In this document: positions 1 to 8,866 of the stretch, in pieces
Numbering within the stretch: position 1 is the stretch's first letter
Layout of the letters: every line of letters starts with the position of its first letter
From: Chthoniobacterales bacterium
GTDB taxonomy: Bacteria; Verrucomicrobiota; Verrucomicrobiia; Chthoniobacterales; JAFAMB01
Length of the DNA stretch: 44,635 nucleotides
Assembly: GCA_035483355.1 (NCBI GenBank)
Contig: DATHPZ010000004.1
Location: 1-44,635, forward strand
Direction: 5' to 3'
Position numbers and translations under genes: made by a program
Notes under the pieces: model-generated
What the model saw: only the letters and a program-made list of their open reading frames with translations
Databases searched by the model: none
What the model was told of the DNA's origin: nothing

Positions 1-2
1 TT

Positions 3-932
3 TTCCGATTTGAAAAACCGCAGAAAGGCCGGCTGCGGGAGTTCTATCAAATTAACTGTGATATACTCGGGGACGGCACTCCGGCAGCCGACGCGGAACT
101 GATCGGGCTTGCCATCGCTTTACATCAGGTCTTCGGTTTGACCGCTGACGATTTTTTCGTCCGAGTCAATAACCGTAACCTCTGGGCGGAGTTCCTGATC
201 AAGCATCAACAGCCAATCGATCGATTGTCTGAGTTTCTCTCCATCGTGGACAAACTTGAGCGCGAGAGCGAGGACGTCACAACACGCAAACTCCAATCTT
301 TTCAACTCGACCTCGCCCAAGTTCGGGAATTTCTTGCAACGCCTGCGGGGTCGGTCCCCGGTTTCGGTGACTTGTTCCGCGAACTACAGTGGCGGGGCTT
401 GGAAAAATTTATCGAGCTGGACCTGACGATCGTACGCGGTCTCGACTACTATACCGGTCTTGTTTTCGAGATTTTTGATCGCAAAAAAGAAAATCGCTCG
501 CTCGCCGGCGGCGGCCGCTACGATAACCTGGTCTCAGCGGTCAGCGAAGGCGAGGTAGACCTCCCCGCTGCTGGTTTTGCGATTGGGGATGTGACGTTCA
601 CCAACCTGTTGCAAGAGCTCGATCATACTCGCACTCGGATCGCAGATGCGCTCAAGGCGCCCCGCGGCGCGTTCATCGTCGTTGCCGACGAAGGCCGGCG
701 TCCGGAAGCGATAGGACTTGCCAGTAGCCTGCGTCAATCAGGGATGGTGGCCGACTATTGTCTTCAACCGGCTAAAGTCGGGCGCCAATTTCAGCAGGCG
801 GAAGCTATGGGTGCCAAATACGCTGTGGTGATTGGTCAAGAATGGCCGCAGGTACGAGTCAAACTGTTGTCAGAACGAACTGAAAAGATCATGTCCAAAG
901 ATGACCTCCCTGATGTTCTGGGAAGCAAGTGA
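3..932 (+). CDS. hisS: Histidine--tRNA ligase, 5'-truncated by the window edge
   Basis: The frame is open from base 3 (FRFEKPQKGRLREFYQINCDILG, class II motif 2-like). It has GGGRYDNL (motif 3) and a C-terminal anticodon-binding-like domain (AFIVVADEG...KYAVVIGQEW). Stop at 930-932. Confidence 0.9.
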   Translation, partial: FRFEKPQKGRLREFYQINCDILGDGTPAADAELIGLAIALHQVFGLTADDFFVRVNNRNLWAEFLIKHQQPIDRLSEFLSIVDKLERESEDVTTRKLQSFQLDLAQVREFLATPAGSVPGFGDLFRELQWRGLEKFIELDLTIVRGLDYYTGLVFEIFDRKKENRSLAGGGRYDNLVSAVSEGEVDLPAAGFAIGDVTFTNLLQELDHTRTRIADALKAPRGAFIVVADEGRRPEAIGLASSLRQSGMVADYCLQPAKVGRQFQQAEAMGAKYAVVIGQEWPQVRVKLLSERTEKIMSKDDLPDVLGSK

Positions 933-953
933 GTTTCTTCAATTATTCGAACC

Positions 954-2720
954 ATGTACCGCACACATCATTGCAACGAACTGAGGACCTCTGACATCGG
1001 TCAAGAAGTCACCCTGGCCGGCTGGGTTGATTCCACACGCGATCATGGCGGTGTAATCTTCGTTGATCTCAGAGACCGGGAGGGGCGAACTCAGGTTGTC
1101 TTCCGGCCCGAGGAACACGCCGACGTCGCCGCGACCGCACACACGCTGCGAAACGAAGATGTGGCCCAGATCGTCGGTATGGTCACGCGCAGGGTCGAGG
1201 GGACCCAAAATCCAAAGCTGAAAACGGGGGAAATCGAAGTTGTCGCTTCGTCTTTGAATATCCTGAATCGAGCCGACGTTCTCCCTTTCCCGCTTGACTC
1301 CGACGTCGGCAACGAAGATCTCCGGCTTGCCCACCGCTATCTTGACCTGCGCAGACCCTCGCTGGTGCGAAACTTGAAAGTCCGCCATCTGGTTGCCAAA
1401 GTCACCCGAGAGTATCTGGACCGAAACGGATATCTCGAGATCGAGACTCCGATCCTCTCAAAAAGCACTCCGGAGGGCGCCCGGGAGTTTCTTGTACCGA
1501 GCCGGCTGATCCCAAATCACTATTACGCCCTTTCACAATCACCCCAGCAATATAAACAATTGCTGATGGTCGGCGGAATCGAGAGATATTTTCAGATCGC
1601 AAAATGTTTTCGGGACGAAGATCCGCGTGCGGACAGAATCACCGAGCTGACCCAAATCGACCTCGAAGCATCATTCATCGACCGAGAGGATATCTTTCGG
1701 CTTATCGAGGGTCTTTTGCAGGAGATATTCCGCGCAACAAGAGGTGTCAATGTTCACACGCCGTTCCTCCGCTTGAGCTATCGCGAAGCCATGGATCGAT
1801 TTGGCGTCGACAAACCGGATCTGCGGTTTGGGATGGAACTCGTCGATTTGAGCGGCCTCTTCTCCGAATCGAAGTTCAAAGTCTTCCGCGGGGCCCTGGA
1901 CATGGGCGGCGTGGTGAAATGCATCAACGCGAAAGGTTTCGCCAAAATTACGACCGGTCAGATCGAGGATCTGACCAGCCTCGCGAAAGAATCGGGCGCC
2001 AAAGGGCTCGCCTTCATCAAAGTTGAGGGAGGGGAATGGAAATCACCGATCGTTAAATTTTTCTCCGAAACCGAAAAGGAAGCTCTCCAACAAAAGCTGG
2101 GCGTTGAGGAGGGCGACCTGCTTCTGTTCGGAGCAGATCGTTGGGAGGTTGTTTGCACCGTACTCGGGCGCATACGGTTGAAGGTCGCAGAGACCCAGAA
2201 ACTGATCAAGGATGCGAACGAGTTGCAATTTCTGTGGGTCTTCGACTTTCCGTTGTTGGCGTTTGACCCTGCGGAAAGCAAGTGGAACGCTATGCATCAC
2301 CCGTTCACACGCCCTAAAACGGAAGACTTCCCGCTCCTGGACGCTGGTGAATACGGGAAAGTGCGCGCGGAGGCCTACGATGTCGTGCTGAACGGCGTCG
2401 AGATCGGCGGCGGCAGCATCCGAATACACGAACAAGACCTCCAGGATAAAATGTTTCAAGTACTCGGCTTCAATCGCGAACAACAGAAACGACTATTTGG
2501 CCATCTGTTGAAGGCCTTTACCTTCGGCGCCCCGCCACATGGCGGGATCGCCCTGGGAGTCGACCGTTTGGTGATGTTGATCACCGGAACATCGAACATC
2601 AGGGAGGTTATCGCGTTCCCGAAGAACAGTCGCGGCTTCGATCTAATGATGGAGGCGCCCAGTGAAGTTTCCGAGAAACAACTCCGTGAGTTACATATCC
2701 AGAATCGGAAATCCCAATGA
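954..2720 (+). CDS. aspS: Aspartate--tRNA ligase
   Basis: 588 aa. N-terminal OB-fold signature (GWVDSTRDHGGVIFVDLRDREG), FRDEDPRADR, and GGGSIRIH near the C-terminus. Starts 21 nt after hisS. Confidence 0.95.
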   Translation: MYRTHHCNELRTSDIGQEVTLAGWVDSTRDHGGVIFVDLRDREGRTQVVFRPEEHADVAATAHTLRNEDVAQIVGMVTRRVEGTQNPKLKTGEIEVVASSLNILNRADVLPFPLDSDVGNEDLRLAHRYLDLRRPSLVRNLKVRHLVAKVTREYLDRNGYLEIETPILSKSTPEGAREFLVPSRLIPNHYYALSQSPQQYKQLLMVGGIERYFQIAKCFRDEDPRADRITELTQIDLEASFIDREDIFRLIEGLLQEIFRATRGVNVHTPFLRLSYREAMDRFGVDKPDLRFGMELVDLSGLFSESKFKVFRGALDMGGVVKCINAKGFAKITTGQIEDLTSLAKESGAKGLAFIKVEGGEWKSPIVKFFSETEKEALQQKLGVEEGDLLLFGADRWEVVCTVLGRIRLKVAETQKLIKDANELQFLWVFDFPLLAFDPAESKWNAMHHPFTRPKTEDFPLLDAGEYGKVRAEAYDVVLNGVEIGGGSIRIHEQDLQDKMFQVLGFNREQQKRLFGHLLKAFTFGAPPHGGIALGVDRLVMLITGTSNIREVIAFPKNSRGFDLMMEAPSEVSEKQLRELHIQNRKSQ

Positions 2721-2734
2721 AGCATTGGAAGTTT

Positions 2735-2855
2735 GGCGTTCGGCGTTCGGCTTGCCTAAGTAAATAAGGCTTCCCGCCTCACCTCTTCAACTGCAGGCCG
2801 CCCAGAGCAAGCCGGGACGGCTTGTCTACAGTAACCCCAGCCGGCCCGCCGAATC
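2735..2855. repeat. Heptamer-bracketed hairpin element (member 1) in the convergent aspS/FKBP intergenic region
   Basis: GGCGTTCGGCGTTCGGC at 2735-2751. Internal hairpin AAGGCTTCCCG (2766-2776) / CCGGGACGGCTT (2812-2823). Inverted GGCCCGCCGAATC at 2843-2855. The architecture and the CCGGGACGGCTT...GCCCGCCGAA segment match 30731-30967. Confidence 0.5.
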
Positions 2856-2870
2856 TCCGATACGTTTCCG

Positions 2871-3698
2871 CTAAGACCCGGCCGGTTTCTTGTCGGGGCC
2901 GTTATCGGGCGGTGCGTTCGGGTTTGGAGTACTATTTGCGGCATTCTTCTTAATGTTCAGGAGCTCCACCTCAAAAACGAGGGTTGAACCCGGGGCGATG
3001 TCGTCACCGGCGCCTTCATCTCCGTAAGCGAGTTCCGAAGGAACGTAGAGTTCCCATTTTGCACCAAGAGGCATCATTTTCAACGCTTCTGACCAGCCCT
3101 TGATCACGCCATTGACCGGGAAACTGGAGGAGTTCCCATGTTTCGCGGAACTATCGAACTCTTTCCCGTCAATCGTTGTGCCCCGATAATTGGCTTCGAC
3201 GACATCCGTATCTTTCGGCTTATCCCCAGAACCCTCTTTGATCACCTTGTACTGCAGCCCGCTGGCGGTCGTTTTCACGCCAGCCTTCTTGGCGTTGTCC
3301 TCGAGAAACTTTTTGCCGTCGGCCTTATTTTTCTCGGCGACTCCCTTCATTTCCTCCTGCTTCTTGGCCATCGCCTCCTGCTGCTTCTGTACCATTTTCT
3401 GCTGGAAAGCCTGCAGTGTCTCTTGCAACGCCTGGTCAGTCATGGCCATCGGTTTATTGCCCAGAACGTCCGCAATCCCTTGAGCGAGTGCCGTCTCATT
3501 CAGGTCGAGCTGGAACCGTTGCAACGTCCTTCCGATATCGACGCCTAAACTGTAACTGATTTTGTCTTTATCATCCTTAATAGTCGAAGTCGGGGAGGCA
3601 CTGACTGCGGGGGAAGGACTCGGTTTGGCGTCTTCGGCGTACGAAACAAAGGCCGGACACATTAACAGAGCCACGAGAGTAATTCGAATCCGTTTCAT
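2871..3698 (-). CDS. FKBP-type peptidyl-prolyl cis-trans isomerase (FkpA/Mip-like), secreted
   Basis: Signal peptide MKRIRITLVALLMCPAFVSYA, FKBP_N-like helical region, and a C-terminal FKBP domain (YRGTTIDGKEFDSS...VIKGWSEAL...LVFEVELL). Start trimmed to the ATG at 3698. Confidence 0.85.
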   Translation of the reverse strand: MKRIRITLVALLMCPAFVSYAEDAKPSPSPAVSASPTSTIKDDKDKISYSLGVDIGRTLQRFQLDLNETALAQGIADVLGNKPMAMTDQALQETLQAFQQKMVQKQQEAMAKKQEEMKGVAEKNKADGKKFLEDNAKKAGVKTTASGLQYKVIKEGSGDKPKDTDVVEANYRGTTIDGKEFDSSAKHGNSSSFPVNGVIKGWSEALKMMPLGAKWELYVPSELAYGDEGAGDDIAPGSTLVFEVELLNIKKNAANSTPNPNAPPDNGPDKKPAGS

Positions 3699-3859
3699 GG
3701 TGGTGGCGTGCAGCCTCAACGCAAAGGCAGCGGGCTGCAACCCATTTTTGAGCACCCAAAAAGGCGCTCATCCGAGGCTCAATTCGGCCTTTCCGCGTAC
3801 CGACGTTTCATCGATCGCGCGAATATTGCACAAGCATTTTGGCTTATGAGAGTTTCGCG

Positions 3860-5731
3860 CTAATTGCTCTGATCCTGCGTTCGAGAGGAGTCTTCATCCA
3901 TCTCGTCTGACTCATCCTGCTGCGGAGCTTTCTTCGACGACGTTTCTCCTTTAAAGAGTTCGCGTAACAACTCGCCGATCATTGGAGCAGCGACTGCTCC
4001 GCCATGCGCCATTTCGCCGGGAGCGCCTTCGTAGAGCGCCGCGAAGGCGTACTTTGGCGACCCGTCGGCCGGAGCGAATCCCGCAAACCAAGCCGCCGTT
4101 CTTTCCTTCTTTTTGGGCCCCCATTGCGCAGTTCCGGTTTTGCCCGCCACTTTGACGTTCTTTAGTTCAGCGGCACCCCCTGTCCCGCTCGAAACCACGT
4201 CCATCATTCCTTTCCGCAGTTCATCCATAGTGACGGAACTGAGCTTGAGAATGTCTTTGGCCCGCGGATTGTACACATAGACCACTTCGTTGTTCAACGT
4301 CTGAACCTGCCGGGCAATTCTGGCCTGATAAACGATTCCGCCATTGGCCAACCCACCCATCGCCTGGGCCATTTGCAGCGGCGAAATCAGAATGTCTCCC
4401 TGACCAATCGAGAGGTTTGCCAGGTCGCCCCCCAGAATATGCCGATGGTACGTCTGTTCCATGTACTCATCCGTGGGGATTCTGCCGTCGGCTTCTCCAT
4501 TCAAAAGGATCCCGGTGCGCGCACCCAATCCAAATCGCTTGGCCCAAGTCACCAATGCGCGCGAACCAATTTTCTGACCGGCCTGATAAAACCAGGTATT
4601 GCACGACTGTGCGAGCGCTTGCCGAAAGTTTAGATCGCCTGAGTCCGTTTTCTTCCAGTTCCTGAAGACGATGTTCCCGATTTCTAAAGCGGATGGACAA
4701 TCGAATTCATCTGTCGGATCAAGGGCGTGCGTTTCGAATCCCGCTACCCCGACGAACATCTTGAACGTGGATCCAGGCGGATACGCGGACCGATACGCGC
4801 GCGGCAGCATCGGAATATTCGGATCGCTCGCTATCTTTTTAAATTTTTCTTCCGAAATCGTGGGAACAAAATCGTTCGGGTCAATCGTCGGCCAGGAAGC
4901 GAGCGCGAGCACTTCCCCGGAGCTTGGATCCATCACTACGATGGCACCCCGTTTCGCCCTTTTCTGCAGAATCTTTTCAGCCAGCCGCTGCATATCGACG
5001 TCAAGGGTCGTCACCAAGTTGTATCCTGGTTCCGGCGGTACGGCGATTCGTTCCCCTGATTTGTTTCCATCCTTGTCAAAGGTAAGATTCAGCTGACCCG
5101 GCTTACCACGCAGTTGATCGTCAAATGTCTGTTCAAGCCCCTCGCGACCTTCGCTCTCCGGCCAGAGCGGCTCATTATTTTGCAGGATTCGCGTACTCTC
5201 CCGGCTCGTCCGACCGGTATATCCGACGACCTGCCCCGCCAGAGATCCTTGCGGGTAAGTACGTACATAAATCGCTCGCAAGATGAGGCTAGGCGGCATT
5301 TTACCTTGCGCCTTTGCCACCTCGTCGTCCGATAGATCTGAGGCTATATCAAACGGAATCGCGCCTCGATTCCGGTAGTGCTGAACGGCGGCATCATCCG
5401 AAAATCCAATCGGACGACTGGTTAGTCCATGGGCGGATGCCGCGGCGCGATTCACAAAGTCGATCACCTGCCGGTCGGTAAAATCAAACGGTGTCGGAAA
5501 AACGACGCTCAGATTGTGACTGACCCGGGTTTGAGCCAGAGGTACCCCGTTTCTATCCGTGATCTGGCCCCTGGGTCCAGGGATGGCCAGGGCGTAAGTG
5601 GCAGCCTGGCGCTGCGTCTCCCAACTCGGCGTCATGTGCGTTGGATTTGCTGGAGCCACCTCTTGCGCCCAGGCGCTTGAAATCCACCAGAGCAAGGCGA
5701 CGCACGTTCCAAATATCAAGCGGCTGCACAT
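3860..5731 (-). CDS. mrdA: Penicillin-binding protein 2-type peptidoglycan D,D-transpeptidase
   Basis: N-terminal anchor, RGQITDRNGVPLA, and the transpeptidase motifs STFK (SxxK), SCN (SxN) and KTGT. Acidic C-terminal tail. The start could be GTG 5752 or ATG 5731. MrdA versus FtsI is not resolved. Confidence 0.8.
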   Translation of the reverse strand: MCSRLIFGTCVALLWWISSAWAQEVAPANPTHMTPSWETQRQAATYALAIPGPRGQITDRNGVPLAQTRVSHNLSVVFPTPFDFTDRQVIDFVNRAAASAHGLTSRPIGFSDDAAVQHYRNRGAIPFDIASDLSDDEVAKAQGKMPPSLILRAIYVRTYPQGSLAGQVVGYTGRTSRESTRILQNNEPLWPESEGREGLEQTFDDQLRGKPGQLNLTFDKDGNKSGERIAVPPEPGYNLVTTLDVDMQRLAEKILQKRAKRGAIVVMDPSSGEVLALASWPTIDPNDFVPTISEEKFKKIASDPNIPMLPRAYRSAYPPGSTFKMFVGVAGFETHALDPTDEFDCPSALEIGNIVFRNWKKTDSGDLNFRQALAQSCNTWFYQAGQKIGSRALVTWAKRFGLGARTGILLNGEADGRIPTDEYMEQTYHRHILGGDLANLSIGQGDILISPLQMAQAMGGLANGGIVYQARIARQVQTLNNEVVYVYNPRAKDILKLSSVTMDELRKGMMDVVSSGTGGAAELKNVKVAGKTGTAQWGPKKKERTAAWFAGFAPADGSPKYAFAALYEGAPGEMAHGGAVAAPMIGELLRELFKGETSSKKAPQQDESDEMDEDSSRTQDQSN

Positions 5732-5784
5732 AGAAGAGCGTAAACTCAACACTCACACCGAATACTCGCAAGGAGTTTCTCTTT

Positions 5785-5912
5785 GGAGGAGCCAAGCAGC
5801 CAAGGAGTCAGGAAGCCAGAGGCTGAGAGTCGAGTAGTCGAGTTGAGGCACCCAAACAAAAGCCGCCAAGCTCGTCTCCTGGCTTCTGGCACCTTGGCTC
5901 CTTGGCTTCTTC
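5785..5912. repeat. Imperfect ~38 bp-arm inverted repeat built from GCCAAGG/CCTTGGC short repeats, probable uvrC terminator or structured spacer
   Basis: Left arm GGAGGAGCCAAGCAGCCAAGGAGTCAGGAAGCCAGAGGC (5785-5823). Right arm ...CTCCTGGCTTCTGGCACCTTGGCTCCTTGGCTTCTTCC ends at 5912, directly abutting the uvrC stop codon. Confidence 0.5.
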
Positions 5913-7481
5913 CTATTTCTGCAGGAACTGAAAAATGACTTCGGCAAGTTTGCCGCTGATGCCATCCACTTGCTCGATCTCCGCCACCGACGCTTTCCGG
6001 AGACGTTCCACTGAACCGAACCGCTTTAGCAAAGCTTGCTTCCGGTTCTCACTGATACCCGGACAGCCATCCAGAACGCTCTCTGCGATCCGCTTCTTCA
6101 TCAGGAGTTGATGATAACCGTTCGCGAACCGATGCGCCTCGTCGCGAATTCGCTGGAGAATCTGCAACGCGCCCGAATCATCGGGCAATTGCAGCGGCAA
6201 CGGTCTCCCGGGTCGATAGACTTCCTCAAATTCTTTCGCCAGGCCGATAATCGGAACATTTTGCAGACCCAGGCGCTGAAGCTCTTTACATGCGGAATTG
6301 AGCTGACCTTTGCCCCCATCGACGATGATCAAATCAGGCAGACGCACCAATCGTTCGGGCGTGGTACGCTGAATTCTGGCCACTGAATCGTCCACTGCCT
6401 CCTGGCTGAACTCGGCTAATTCCGGCGCCGCATTCCTGTTCTCCAGGAGCACGCGCGAATAGCGGCGGCGAACCACTTCGGCCATGCTGGCAAAGTCGTC
6501 CTGACCTTCGACGGTTCTTATGCGATACCGCCGATAGTTGGATTTATCAGGAACGCCGCTGCGAAAGCTGACCATCGAAGCCACAATATGCGTGGTCGAA
6601 ATGTTCGATATATCGAAACACTCCATTACTGTGGGAGCACCCGGCAACAGCAACGCATCCGCCAAAGCCTGCAGATCCGCTTTCGGATCAATCGATGTCG
6701 GAAATGAGCCGCGCGTAAAACGCCGAGCCGGCCTGGTGGTGCGACGCAGATCGTCCAACATATTTCGCAATTCTGCGGCCTTTTCAAATTCGAGGTTTTC
6801 AGCGGCCCTCTTCATCTGATCTTCGAGCTGTTTCAGCATCTCCTGGCTCTGGCCCTCGAGAAACTCACACGCTTCAAGAACGCGCGCTTTGTAGTCATCC
6901 AGAGTCACTCGACGGATGCAGGGCGCCGAACAGTTTTTAATGATGTGATCCATGCACCGCTTATAGTCGGATTCTCCCGGCTCCAACACCCGGCAGGACC
7001 GAATGCCGAAGCGCTTCTTCATCCACTTCAACGTTGTCCGCAGCGCCCCAGCGTGCGCGAACGGACCGAAGTATCTGTACCCATCTTCCATCTTCAAACG
7101 GGTTAGCTGAAAGCGGGGAATCGCATCCGCAAGGTTCACCTTCACCAAGAGAAAGCGTTTGTCGTCGCGAAAACTGACGTTGTACTTCGGACGAAATTCT
7201 TTGATCAGCTTGCCTTCGAGCAGTAGAGCCTCCGGCTCATTTCGAACAAGATGCACCTCGAAATCCCATATACTATCAAGCAAAGCCCGCGTCTTTAGAT
7301 CCGCGGTCATCCGGCGAGACGGCATAAAATATTGGGCCAATCGTTTTCGGAGATCCCGCGCCTTGCCGACGTAAATAACGCGTCTAAGCCGATCCTTCAT
7401 CAGGTAGACACCCGGCTTATGAGGCACTTCGCGCAATTTCTTGTTCGGGTCCGGCTTATCGGCGAAGAAGAGCCCCTCCAT
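5913..7481 (-). CDS. uvrC: Excinuclease ABC subunit C
   Basis: GIY-YIG module (PGVYLMKD...VIYVGKARDLRKR), UVR domain (LEFEKAAELRNMLDDL), C-terminal endonuclease and HhH regions. Start trimmed to the ATG at 7481 (MEGLFFADK...). Confidence 0.9.
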   Translation of the reverse strand: MEGLFFADKPDPNKKLREVPHKPGVYLMKDRLRRVIYVGKARDLRKRLAQYFMPSRRMTADLKTRALLDSIWDFEVHLVRNEPEALLLEGKLIKEFRPKYNVSFRDDKRFLLVKVNLADAIPRFQLTRLKMEDGYRYFGPFAHAGALRTTLKWMKKRFGIRSCRVLEPGESDYKRCMDHIIKNCSAPCIRRVTLDDYKARVLEACEFLEGQSQEMLKQLEDQMKRAAENLEFEKAAELRNMLDDLRRTTRPARRFTRGSFPTSIDPKADLQALADALLLPGAPTVMECFDISNISTTHIVASMVSFRSGVPDKSNYRRYRIRTVEGQDDFASMAEVVRRRYSRVLLENRNAAPELAEFSQEAVDDSVARIQRTTPERLVRLPDLIIVDGGKGQLNSACKELQRLGLQNVPIIGLAKEFEEVYRPGRPLPLQLPDDSGALQILQRIRDEAHRFANGYHQLLMKKRIAESVLDGCPGISENRKQALLKRFGSVERLRKASVAEIEQVDGISGKLAEVIFQFLQK

Positions 7482-7687
7482 GCGGGCAACGGTACGCTGG
7501 TGTGCGGGAAAGCTCCAGCGGATAAGCGGGGCACTTCTCGGGCCGGGTATTGCAATGCGAGCTAAAAGCATATGACTTCGATCGTATTTAAAGAAAAAGA
7601 AGCGATCGCAATGCAGTCCGCCCTCAGGTTCAATCGAACGAGTTTGCACTTCGCCATCAGGTGCATTTAAATAAGGAGCTAATAGGC

Positions 7688-8440
7688 ATGAATCGGTTCG
7701 TTCTCGTCATCGTCCCGCTCTTGGCACAGGCGGTTGAAGCTACACCGACCCCTGGCTCCACGCAGGCGACGTTGCTGCAGCTATTGAAATCGGGCGGCTG
7801 GGTCATGTGGCCCTTGATTTTGCTCTCGGTGATCACGCTCTCTCTCATCTTTGCCTGTCTATTCAGCCTGCGGCGCGGAACGGTAGTGACGCGCCGATAT
7901 ATGGAAACAGCGGAAGCGCTCCTGCGAAAGCGCGATTACCTCGGTTTGATTGCGGTTTCCAATCGTCACTCGGAAGCCGTGGCACGAATCACGGCGCGAA
8001 CATTGGACTTCGCGACGAAAAATCCGGTGGCTTCAGCCGAGGCGATTCGTGAAGTGGCCGAGACAGAAGGTTCGCGGGTCGCCAGCAGACTGAATCATCG
8101 AATCGTTTATCTGGCCGATATTGCAACGCTTTCCCCGATGCTTGGCCTGCTGGGAACCGTTATCGGCATTATCAAGGCTTTCGGAGTTCTCGCTAGTAAC
8201 ACTACGCAGCCCCGCCCGATGCTCCTCGCCCACGGCGTGTCGGAAGCACTGGTGGCAACCGCCTCAGGGTTGGTGATTGGAATCGTCGCCATGGCTTTCT
8301 ACGCCCTCTTTCGAGGCAAAGTCGCCGCCATGGTTTCAGATCTGGAATCGGCAACAACTCATATCGTTAATATCATTACCGCGACGAACCAAATCCGCCG
8401 ACCGGAGCGGTCCCGGGTGCTGGACAGCGACGAGATCTAA
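7688..8440 (+). CDS. MotA/TolQ/ExbB family proton-channel protein
   Basis: AAGGAG lies 9 nt upstream of the ATG at 7688. Signal-like N-terminus, then the typical GGWVMWPLILLSVITL and LSPMLGLLGTVIGII segments. Confidence 0.85.
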   Translation: MNRFVLVIVPLLAQAVEATPTPGSTQATLLQLLKSGGWVMWPLILLSVITLSLIFACLFSLRRGTVVTRRYMETAEALLRKRDYLGLIAVSNRHSEAVARITARTLDFATKNPVASAEAIREVAETEGSRVASRLNHRIVYLADIATLSPMLGLLGTVIGIIKAFGVLASNTTQPRPMLLAHGVSEALVATASGLVIGIVAMAFYALFRGKVAAMVSDLESATTHIVNIITATNQIRRPERSRVLDSDEI

Positions 8441-8449
8441 CTTGACTAA

Positions 8450-8866
8450 ATGAATTTTCGTAAACACGCGGAACCCGCGATATTAGGGTTTTTGATCGCG
8501 CCGATGGTCGACATCCTGTTGGTCATTCTGGTGTTTTTTATCGTCACCTGGAATTTTGCTCTCAGCGAGAATGAACTGGACGTTCGAGTACCGACTGCCA
8601 CCAAAGCGAATGAAACCCAGCCGTACGTGGGTCAGGTCGTAATCAATATCAAGGCAGACGGGACAGTCATCGTCAATCGACAACCAAAGAGTTCTCAGGA
8701 ACTTCTGGAACTACTCAAAAAACTTTCCCAACTTTATCCAGACCAGGCTGTCATCGTACGTGGTGATCAAGGAGTCGAGTACAAACACATTGTCGATGTA
8801 CTTGATATTTGCCGACAGGCAGACATCTGGAACGTTGCATTTGCAACGGGTAAACTAGACCGATGA
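8450..8866 (+). CDS. ExbD/TolR family biopolymer transport protein
   Basis: 138 aa. Single N-terminal TM segment (PMVDILLVILVFFIV) and a periplasmic ExbD-like domain. Starts 9 nt after the previous gene. Confidence 0.85.
   Translation: MNFRKHAEPAILGFLIAPMVDILLVILVFFIVTWNFALSENELDVRVPTATKANETQPYVGQVVINIKADGTVIVNRQPKSSQELLELLKKLSQLYPDQAVIVRGDQGVEYKHIVDVLDICRQADIWNVAFATGKLDR

Noticed and set aside
5795-5805. AGCAGCCAAGG, identical to part of the conserved SRP (4.5S) RNA domain IV
   Set aside because: The flanks lack the GGUCC-GGAA tetraloop context and the rest of helix 8. The match is explained by the reiterated GCCAAGG motif that builds both hairpin arms.
7482-7649. N-terminal extensions suggested by the ORF track (uvrC to 7649, rplM to 20356, the FKBP gene to 3755, the oxidoreductase to 29750, and others)
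   Set aside because: The extensions precede the conserved family N-termini or signal peptides and often start at TTG or GTG. In-frame ATGs at the expected positions were preferred, though the exact starts remain unverified.
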